From Bacteroidales bacterium (lineage in GTDB: Bacteria > Bacteroidota > Bacteroidia > Bacteroidales > UBA4417): 64,000 nt of DNA. The stretch lies in assembly GCA_038212135.1 (NCBI GenBank), contig JBBQUX010000002.1, positions 966 to 64,965 on the forward strand, written 5' to 3'. Positions 56,871-64,000 of this stretch are shown here, in pieces (within the stretch, counting starts at the first letter, position 1; every line of letters starts with the position of its first letter). The notes under the pieces are model-generated. The model worked only from the letters and a program-made list of their open reading frames with translations. It had not been told where the DNA came from and did not search any database. Made by a program: the position numbers and the translations under genes.

Positions 56871-57848
56871 TCAATACCGCTCATTAATCATTTTATTCAC
56901 AAAATCAGCAATATCCGTATTACCGGCAAATACCTTATCGAGTTGCCGCATCATATGATAGCCCGTTTCGGGCATATTGCTTTCGGCCAGTTTTTCCAAT
57001 ATAATGCTCATAGCAATTCGGCCTTCAAGCACCACTTTATTGGGAATTCCTTCGTTAAAAAAACCTTTACCAATAAGCAACCCCAGGGTTCGGTTGCGAC
57101 TCAGGTCGTTCAGGGCCGTTAATCCAAAATCGCCAATTCCACAATATTTAAACATCGTTTCCTCGTGCCCGCCAAAATAAATGAGGATATTCCGCATTTC
57201 GTTAAAAGCGCGGGTAAACATCATAAACCTCAGGTTTGGCGAATTAAAATGTGCATCCACAATCCCAATTAATATAGCGTAAATATTTTTCAAAATGCTG
57301 CTCATTTCAACGCCAGGCAGGTCGGTCGAAATATCAACGAACAAATTGGTTTCGTCGAAAATGGGCTCCAACTGGTTGCAAAGTCCTATGTCGTTGGCTG
57401 CCAGGGTAAAAGCAGTGGGGCTATTATTGATGATTTCGCGTGCAAACGAAGGTCCTTTAAGTGCACAAACCGGGTTTGGCAAATGCTCGGCAAGGCATTG
57501 GGAAATAATCTGCTGATGACACCCAAATCCTTTGGCAAGGTTAACAAGGATAGCATCTTCGTGAAGAAGCATTCGTATCAACTGCATGTAATCAACTACT
57601 GCCACCGATGGAATAGCAATAAAAACTACCCCGGCGTCTTTCAGAATATTGTTATCGGTGGTAGCTTGCAAAGCCTGCGAGAGCCTGATATTCGGAAAAT
57701 ACTTCTGGTTGATATGTGAATTGTTTATCGTTTCAACAACATCAGGTTCAACGGATAAAAGGCTGACATTCAAATCCTGCCTGACAGCGAGAGAATTTCC
57801 CAACGCAGTACCAATGGAGCCTGCACCCAGAAAGACAATATTTTTCAT
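56871..57848 (-). CDS. gpsA: NAD(P)H-dependent glycerol-3-phosphate dehydrogenase-like protein.
   Basis: MKNIVFLGAGSIGTALG Rossmann motif and LKGPSFAREI. The start is ATG at 57848 or 57857; the track start is TTG. Confidence 0.7.
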   Translation of the reverse strand: MKNIVFLGAGSIGTALGNSLAVRQDLNVSLLSVEPDVVETINNSHINQKYFPNIRLSQALQATTDNNILKDAGVVFIAIPSVAVVDYMQLIRMLLHEDAILVNLAKGFGCHQQIISQCLAEHLPNPVCALKGPSFAREIINNSPTAFTLAANDIGLCNQLEPIFDETNLFVDISTDLPGVEMSSILKNIYAILIGIVDAHFNSPNLRFMMFTRAFNEMRNILIYFGGHEETMFKYCGIGDFGLTALNDLSRNRTLGLLIGKGFFNEGIPNKVVLEGRIAMSIILEKLAESNMPETGYHMMRQLDKVFAGNTDIADFVNKMINERY

Positions 57849-57866
57849 GTTTCTCATAACCAAATG

Positions 57867-59366
57867 TTACTTTTTAATGAGTCGTTGTATATTTTCGCGA
57901 AATTCACCCGGGTTACTCCATTTATCCCATCCACCTTTAATCCTGTCAAGTTCAACAGGGTCATAAAAACTGAACAGGTACAAAACAAAAGGGTATGAAA
58001 GGATTATTATTGATTTTAATGCGAGCCTGGGAACAATGGACCACGAATTGAAAATTATTGATAGAGCGTATAATCCGGCCGCAACCAATAACATGATTAT
58101 GATCCGTTTCATTTCGTATGGAATCGGGTACACTTTCTGCGCATAGTAATGTGTAAGAGCAAAAAATACCAGCATCGACAACATTTTGGAAAGTGCTGCT
58201 CCCTGGTTGCCCATTAAACGAATTAAGATGTTATTCAATATCAGATTAAGTGTAGCTGTAACGATTACTGTAAACGCAATAACCTTTGTTTTCTTTGAGA
58301 TACTCAAACCGGTGGTAGCCACATCTTTCATCATTCCGAAAACGATGGAATAAATGATGAACGGGAAAATATACCAGGCATCGAAGTACTCGACCCGTTT
58401 GGCAAAAAGTTTTGTTATTTCCATCCCGAATACCATCATCCCCAGACCAAAAATCATTGTACCGAAAGTGTAATAAGTCAGTAGTTTAGCATAGAACCGC
58501 TTATTATCAGGTGCGTTCATCATTCGGTATATCATGGGTTGAATAGCAAAGTTAACCGATGTTATCAAAAACACATTCAGCGTGTTAGCCAGCTTGAAAC
58601 CGTATGAATACAATCCAACATCGGCTTTATTTCCCAAAGCATTAATTGAATAACGGTCGGTTACATTTAACATTACAAGGGCAACACCTGACATAAATAA
58701 AGGAATGCAATACACAATTATTTCGCGGAGAAGCTGAGCTTCGAACCTGAATTTCATGTTTTTAACCGAATAGCGGATCAGCACCGAAGCAAAAGCGATG
58801 CTTCCTGTTATTTGTCCATAATAAATGCCTTCGATTCCGGCATGCCTGTAAGCAATAAAATATACTGTAACAATCAGGCTGAAAATAAGCTGCAGGATGT
58901 TGGCAAGAGTAAAAAGCCAGGGTTTCTCCTGCAATCGCAGCAGTGTATTCGGCATTATAAGCACAAGCTGAATCAGCGATGATAACAGCATTAGCCGCAG
59001 GAGGTAACTATAATCGGGAGAGTCAAGTATTAAGTTGGAAAGGCCTTTTAAAAATGGAAGTGCGACAAAATACGTTAGAATAGCAACACCTATCTGAAAT
59101 ACGGTAACTGTAAAAAACAAGGATTCTTTCTTTCCTTCGGAGCTTTTATCCCAGTACCAACGGAAAAATCCTGAATACAGTGAAAATCCGAAAAATGCAA
59201 TAACTACAGCGGCACTTACTTCGAGCAAGCCGAGTATTCCGAATTGTGCTAACGAAAAACTCTTGGTGTACAGCGGAATAAGCACAAAGCCAGCCAGTTT
59301 GGTCGACAATGTACCCAGTCCATATATGGCCGACTGGCGGAAGAGTTTTCGGAAATCAGCTAACAT
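57867..59366 (-). CDS. Polysaccharide/oligosaccharide flippase (Wzx-like, MOP superfamily).
   Basis: 499 aa, about 14 TM segments, N-terminus FRKLFRQSAIYGLGTLSTKLAGFVLIPLYT typical of polysaccharide biosynthesis (PST) flippases. Confidence 0.75.
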   Translation of the reverse strand: MLADFRKLFRQSAIYGLGTLSTKLAGFVLIPLYTKSFSLAQFGILGLLEVSAAVVIAFFGFSLYSGFFRWYWDKSSEGKKESLFFTVTVFQIGVAILTYFVALPFLKGLSNLILDSPDYSYLLRLMLLSSLIQLVLIMPNTLLRLQEKPWLFTLANILQLIFSLIVTVYFIAYRHAGIEGIYYGQITGSIAFASVLIRYSVKNMKFRFEAQLLREIIVYCIPLFMSGVALVMLNVTDRYSINALGNKADVGLYSYGFKLANTLNVFLITSVNFAIQPMIYRMMNAPDNKRFYAKLLTYYTFGTMIFGLGMMVFGMEITKLFAKRVEYFDAWYIFPFIIYSIVFGMMKDVATTGLSISKKTKVIAFTVIVTATLNLILNNILIRLMGNQGAALSKMLSMLVFFALTHYYAQKVYPIPYEMKRIIIMLLVAAGLYALSIIFNSWSIVPRLALKSIIILSYPFVLYLFSFYDPVELDRIKGGWDKWSNPGEFRENIQRLIKK

Positions 59367-59406
59367 TTTTTATCAGAAAAGCGGCAAAGGTAAGAAGAAT
59401 TGTTTT

Positions 59407-59520
59407 GGGATTAGGGTTTGGGGGTTGGGGGTTGGGGGTTGGGGATTGCGGATTGCGGGTTGCGGATTGCGGATTGCGGATTGCGGATTGGGGATTGCGG
59501 ATTGCGGATTGCGGGTTGCC
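59407..59520 (+). repeat. 8-bp tandem array grading from GGGGTTGG units to GGATTGCG units.
   Basis: The array reads GGGATTAGGGTTTGGGGGTTGGGGGTTGGGGGTTGGGGATTGCGGATTGCGGGTTGCGGATTGCGGATTGCGGATTGCGGATTGGGGATTGCGGATTGCGGATTGCGGGTTGC. It sits between the asnB-like stop (59537) and the flippase start (59366). Confidence 0.9.
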
Positions 59521-59536
59521 CATTGGTAGATGTACT

Positions 59537-61387
59537 TTATACGAAATTTTGAATCCAGTAATTCAGAGTAGCAATGCGCCAGACAAGGACGGATTTTGAG
59601 TTGTCGCCTTTAGCATGCTTTTCCATTATGTTTTTAACAAGATCCTTTCGCAGGAAAAGGAGATTTGCATAATTGATATCCATCAGATGATTCAGCGGAC
59701 CGCGGAGCCATTTGGTTTCGCCGGGAGTAACAAATCCCTTTTTATCCTTGCGGTTTACAATGGCTTCGGGCAAAACATCTTTCAGCGATTGCCTCAGTAT
59801 ACGCTTGGTCTCAATGCCTTTGATTTTATCGTCATTTCGCAATGAAAATGCAAATTCCACCAGGCGATGATCAAGAAAAGGAACCCGCGATTCGATGGAA
59901 AACGCCATGCTGTTCCGATCCTCGTATTGTAGCAATGAAGGAAGACTGGAACTAAACATCAGGTTATAAAGGAATCCGTCGAGTTTAGTACCCGGCGGAT
60001 CTGCCAGGTAAAAAGGCGTTTGAGCAGGTTTTTCATTTAACAAAAACGGGTAATACCGCTTATATTCCATCGCATATAACTTCTGTTCGGAGTTTATTGA
60101 GCTGAGCAAAGATTTTGCGAAGTGGGTAATTTTTTTCGTTCCAGTAAGCTGAAGATTTTCAGCTACTGAACCGGTGGTTGAAAAAGCATTCCCTAACTTT
60201 CCGCCGCGGATCATATCTGCTATCAGGCGATAGTACGAATGCATATAACCGCCTAAATATTCGTCACTTCCCTGTCCGTCGAGCACTACTTTTATGCCGT
60301 TTTCTGAAATCAGCTTCATCAGGAAATACTGTGAAACAAACGACGAACCTGTGGCAGGTACATCAGCATGATACAGTGCCCTGTGAAATTCGGTCTTAAC
60401 TTCCTCATCCGAAGGTTTTTTATAAAAAGGATCAATAGCAGGATATTTCTCAATCACCTTATGGATAAACGGCCGTTCGTCCACTTCTCCATCTCCATCG
60501 TAATAGATGCTGAACGATTTATAAGAAGTCCCCGGTTGCTGGTTCTGCACTTCCGAAACAATGGCGCTGCTGTCGAGCCCGCCACTCAGGCAGGTAGCCA
60601 CCGGTACATCGCTTCGCATGTGCAAGGCAATACTTTCGGCAAACAGCTCCCGGAACTGATCAGTTTTTCCGGCAAACGTGGCATCAGAATATTCTCCTGT
60701 ATAAACATCCCAATAGCGGGTTATTTCAACATCTTGCATCTCATTGTTATCGAAACGGATAAGCAGGTTATGCGCAGCCGGGAGAGCTGAAATTACATCG
60801 AAATAGGTCTCATCATGATAACAAAGCCACCCCATCTGCATTCCTCGGCTCACCTGGTTCAGATTCAGTTCATTGCTGAAAACGGGTGTGGGTTTGAGCC
60901 CCTTTAGTTCCGAGGCAAAATAGAAACAGTTGTCTTTGCTGATATAGTAAAATGGCTTTATGCCAAACCTGTCGCGGGAAGCGAATAAAATATTGTTTAG
61001 TGAATCGTACAAAGCAAATGCCCACATCCCAACGAAATGGTTCACGCAATCAATGCCCCATTCGAGGTACGATGCCATAACGACTTCGGTGTCCGACTGA
61101 GTGGTAAAACGATATCCCTTTTTAAGAAGTTCATTACGGATTTCGAGATAATTGTACACCTCACCGTTAAAAACCATTACATTGCCCTGGTAATGCATCG
61201 GCTGATCGGCTTCGTGGCTCAGGTCGATAATACTCAATCGGTTGTGGCCAAGCATCAATCCTTCGTGCCACCATGTTCCACGCGCATCGGGCCCGCGGTG
61301 AGCGATGGATTGAAGCATCTGTTCAATACCTTCCAACGCATTGGTTTTGGTCAGTCTGGAGTTAAAAAATCCGGCTATGCCGCACAT
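59537..61387 (-). CDS. asnB: Asparagine synthase (glutamine-hydrolysing) family amidotransferase.
   Basis: 616 aa with N-terminal nucleophile MCGIAGFF and PP-loop CLSGGLDSS. Its position in a glycan-cluster context suggests it may be a polysaccharide-modifying paralog rather than the housekeeping enzyme. Confidence 0.85.
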   Translation of the reverse strand: MCGIAGFFNSRLTKTNALEGIEQMLQSIAHRGPDARGTWWHEGLMLGHNRLSIIDLSHEADQPMHYQGNVMVFNGEVYNYLEIRNELLKKGYRFTTQSDTEVVMASYLEWGIDCVNHFVGMWAFALYDSLNNILFASRDRFGIKPFYYISKDNCFYFASELKGLKPTPVFSNELNLNQVSRGMQMGWLCYHDETYFDVISALPAAHNLLIRFDNNEMQDVEITRYWDVYTGEYSDATFAGKTDQFRELFAESIALHMRSDVPVATCLSGGLDSSAIVSEVQNQQPGTSYKSFSIYYDGDGEVDERPFIHKVIEKYPAIDPFYKKPSDEEVKTEFHRALYHADVPATGSSFVSQYFLMKLISENGIKVVLDGQGSDEYLGGYMHSYYRLIADMIRGGKLGNAFSTTGSVAENLQLTGTKKITHFAKSLLSSINSEQKLYAMEYKRYYPFLLNEKPAQTPFYLADPPGTKLDGFLYNLMFSSSLPSLLQYEDRNSMAFSIESRVPFLDHRLVEFAFSLRNDDKIKGIETKRILRQSLKDVLPEAIVNRKDKKGFVTPGETKWLRGPLNHLMDINYANLLFLRKDLVKNIMEKHAKGDNSKSVLVWRIATLNYWIQNFV

Positions 61388-61711
61388 AAAGTTGTTTTTA
61401 GGAATATACTTAGCGAAATCGCTGTGAAAGAATTATACGGGTGAAACAGGCTGCCAAAATTACTAAAAAACCCATAGTAGCCGGGCAAGCCTGCATAACA
61501 ATATTGATATTCCTGTTTATGGGAAATCAGATGCTTAAATTCTTCACCACAAAAATGACGGAAAGCTCAGAATCAGAATACTTTTCATATTAGTGACAAG
61601 CCACTTTTTAAGCTTAAAATTAAGTTACATTATTACAGAAATGTTATTAATTTTATAGGTTGATTAGGACGTGAAAAGTCCTTGATTAACAGTTGTTTTA
61701 AAAACCACGCT

Positions 61712-64000
61712 ATGCAAACACAAATCTACTCATTTTCAGCATGTTACTTGTATACTTCAGGCAAATTAGGATGGTTGCGTTCGTGCCTGGCAGCTTTGGC
61801 GGTAAGTTTGTTGGTAATTTCATCAAGTTATGCTGAAGGGACAAAACAATTAGAGCCGAACACGCCAAGTATAGCAAATGGATCTTTAGGATTGGCATTA
61901 TATGAAGGAGGATGGACAATAAATGGACAACGGATACCATTTGCTACTACAGGTTGCCTGGAGAAATACAGGCTTCATGTTTACATTTCGGATCCAAACA
62001 CTGAGATCATATATTTTGGATTCAAACAGGATGGTATTGACCCGTTATATTTTCAGTTCCGTGATCCAGATGGTACGGTTGTTCCTGGTTTTGCATTGAC
62101 AACTCAGCCAACTGCTGGCAATAATGGATATATTGCTGACTGGAATGAAGCTGCTGCAGGACCCAAGTTTGGCACCATGAATCCTACCGGGTATTTACCA
62201 TTATCAATTAATCCCACCAAAGTTGGTAACTATTATATTGAATTTGCAAGAACTGCTGCAGGTTCAACTGTTGGTATGAACGGGACTATCCTTGAGTTTT
62301 TTGATGTGAGTGTTTATAATGGAAATACTGAAAAACCAGGCAGAGTCTGGAGCAAAGCCTGGCAGTTTTCAAACCAGATAGTCGGAAATAATGCACCTCC
62401 GACAGATTTCTATATTTTGTCAGATGATGCAATTGTTTCCAAACTTAATATTAACAATTGGGGTGGCGGCCATTTTATGTTTTACTGTAATCAGTGGGGA
62501 GCAGTAAGTACCGGCGATTGGTTGAATGATCGCAAATCGAGAACAGCTCAGAACCAAGGTCAATGGCCCGGTGACTTCCCTCAGTATAAAGTCTTTCTGA
62601 ATGACCCTGATAACATTGTTTTTCCAACCGGAACTTTTGGACAGATTTGTGATGTAACCAGTAACTCAAATTGTGATGGGACTGTAGATATTTTGGTACA
62701 CGTGAATAAACCTGGATCATTATCACTCAATATAGATATTGATCCGCAAGGTATCAATAATGGAGAAGATGTATTGCTCACAGGTGATGTGATAGGTTCT
62801 TCTGGCTGTTCCACCTGGGATACAGTTCCCTGGAATGGGAATAGTGGATTCGGGCTTCCTGTGCAGAACGGAGCATCAATTAATATGAACATTGATTATT
62901 TAAACGGGCTTACCAATCTCCCTATCTATGATATTGAAACTAATGATGATGGAATTATGGTTGATATTATCAGACCTGCTCCCACTACCGGGAATTCTCA
63001 TCTAAAAATTTATTGGGATGATTCAGATTTAACAACAAATGTTGCAGGCGTAAAACTCCAGGAATTAGCTGGTTGTGAATACCCAGGCACGTCAGTAAAT
63101 CCGCCTTTATATGACCCCATCTCCGGATGTCATGATTGGCCCAAAAAGACTAATTTTAGTTTTCATGGAGATTTGGATATAATTAATTCGTGGTGGTATT
63201 ATCTAACACAAAATACGATTAACTTAAATTTGACAATTAAACGAGTACCGGAAACTCCTGCTATATCTCCATCAGGGCCCACTCCTGTTTGTGTCGGCCA
63301 AACTAACATTCAATATACGATCCCGGCAACATCAAATACAGAAAGTTATCTCTGGACTTTGCCAAACGGAGACACTATCACAACACTCACTAATTCTATT
63401 ATGTTGAGTTTCCCAACACTTACTTCAGGAGGGAACCTGTTTGTTCACGGAGTAAATACAAGTTGTGGTGCCGGGTTAAACTCTCCCGCACTCAATATCG
63501 TTGTAAATCCTGATCCTTTACCTATTGTTTCTGGCGATCAGGCGGTGTGTAACGCTACAACCTTTTCATATACAGGCACTACAGGCCTTTCTTCATATGT
63601 TTGGCAAGTGTTGCCTTCATCCAGCGGCACAGTTACTTCCGGAGCAGGCACCAATGCCATTACAGTGCACTGGAATTCGGCGGGAAATCAAATTGTGCAG
63701 ATGCAAACAACCTCGTTTAATTGTGGAACAAGGAATACCAATTATCCTGTTACAGTTAATCCTTTACCATCTGTAAACTTCAACTATGTAAATAACTGCG
63801 CAGGTCAGCCTGTTCAATTTACAGATATTTCGACTATTACATCGGGTTCAAATACTGGTTGGAACTGGAATTTTGGGGATGCGACTCCAGTATCAACAAA
63901 TCAAAATCCGACACACTTATACGCCACCGGAGGTCCTTATAATGTGCAGCTGACAGTTACCTCCGATTCGTTATGTACAAATAACACAACAATAGCAGTA
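61712..64000 (+). CDS. Second giant cell-surface protein, 5-prime complete and truncated by the right window edge (>763 aa). It has an N-terminal globular region, Ig-like repeats and the first PKD domain.
   Basis: The frame from ATG 61712 is open to 64000 when translated by hand. It is absent from the track because there is no stop. It has a signal-like LAALAVSLLVISSSYAEG and Cys-containing Ig-like units (PVCVGQTNIQYTIP..YLWTLPNG; AVCNATTFSYTG..YVWQV). It ends in WNWNFGDATPVSTNQNPTHLYATGGPYNVQLTVTSDS (PKD). Confidence 0.8.
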   Translation, partial: MQTQIYSFSACYLYTSGKLGWLRSCLAALAVSLLVISSSYAEGTKQLEPNTPSIANGSLGLALYEGGWTINGQRIPFATTGCLEKYRLHVYISDPNTEIIYFGFKQDGIDPLYFQFRDPDGTVVPGFALTTQPTAGNNGYIADWNEAAAGPKFGTMNPTGYLPLSINPTKVGNYYIEFARTAAGSTVGMNGTILEFFDVSVYNGNTEKPGRVWSKAWQFSNQIVGNNAPPTDFYILSDDAIVSKLNINNWGGGHFMFYCNQWGAVSTGDWLNDRKSRTAQNQGQWPGDFPQYKVFLNDPDNIVFPTGTFGQICDVTSNSNCDGTVDILVHVNKPGSLSLNIDIDPQGINNGEDVLLTGDVIGSSGCSTWDTVPWNGNSGFGLPVQNGASINMNIDYLNGLTNLPIYDIETNDDGIMVDIIRPAPTTGNSHLKIYWDDSDLTTNVAGVKLQELAGCEYPGTSVNPPLYDPISGCHDWPKKTNFSFHGDLDIINSWWYYLTQNTINLNLTIKRVPETPAISPSGPTPVCVGQTNIQYTIPATSNTESYLWTLPNGDTITTLTNSIMLSFPTLTSGGNLFVHGVNTSCGAGLNSPALNIVVNPDPLPIVSGDQAVCNATTFSYTGTTGLSSYVWQVLPSSSGTVTSGAGTNAITVHWNSAGNQIVQMQTTSFNCGTRNTNYPVTVNPLPSVNFNYVNNCAGQPVQFTDISTITSGSNTGWNWNFGDATPVSTNQNPTHLYATGGPYNVQLTVTSDSLCTNNTTIAV

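Noticed and set aside
59263-59599. ORFs encoding GLRIADCGLRIADWGLRIA peptides.
   Set aside because: They are translations of the GGATTGCG octamer array and overlap the ends of two real minus-strand genes.

Overview
A 64 kb chromosomal segment that looks like Bacteroidota. Supporting signs: T9SS-type C-terminal sorting domain, many lipobox lipoproteins, split transketolase, TAnnTTTG-type -7 boxes, no obvious Shine-Dalgarno sites, and Rho with a huge N-terminal insertion. All calls are by eye from motifs; no searches or GC statistics were run. The window holds about 45 protein genes, one tRNA-Leu(UAG) and rpmH, which is too short for the ORF track. The backbone is housekeeping: tig-clpP-clpX, gcvT, tpx, two transketolase halves, an ECF sigma module, rho, pcm, miaA, rsmG, pepD, rpmH, gpsA-like and asnB-like. 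Both edges carry giant PKD-repeat surface proteins truncated by the window and therefore missing from the ORF track: minus strand 1-8206 and plus strand 61712-64000. Visibly AT-richer accessory islets are 7250-11750 (FG-GAP/T9SS cargo gene), 22100-23500 (small lipoproteins plus a multiply frameshifted pseudogene), 28020-29460 (pentapeptide-repeat gene beside tRNA-Leu) and 51130-52500 (Xre/RES toxin-antitoxin pair). I found no CRISPR array, integrase, transposase, rRNA or recognisable multi-gene defence system. The most unusual signal is non-coding. Short-period (7-9 bp and 16-17 bp) tandem arrays occupy many intergenic spacers, often within about 2-16 bp of a stop codon. One octamer family recurs at three loci in both orientations. 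A dispersed element of about 195 bp occurs twice. I regard these as the best candidates for something undescribed, but their function is unknown and they could be neutral.
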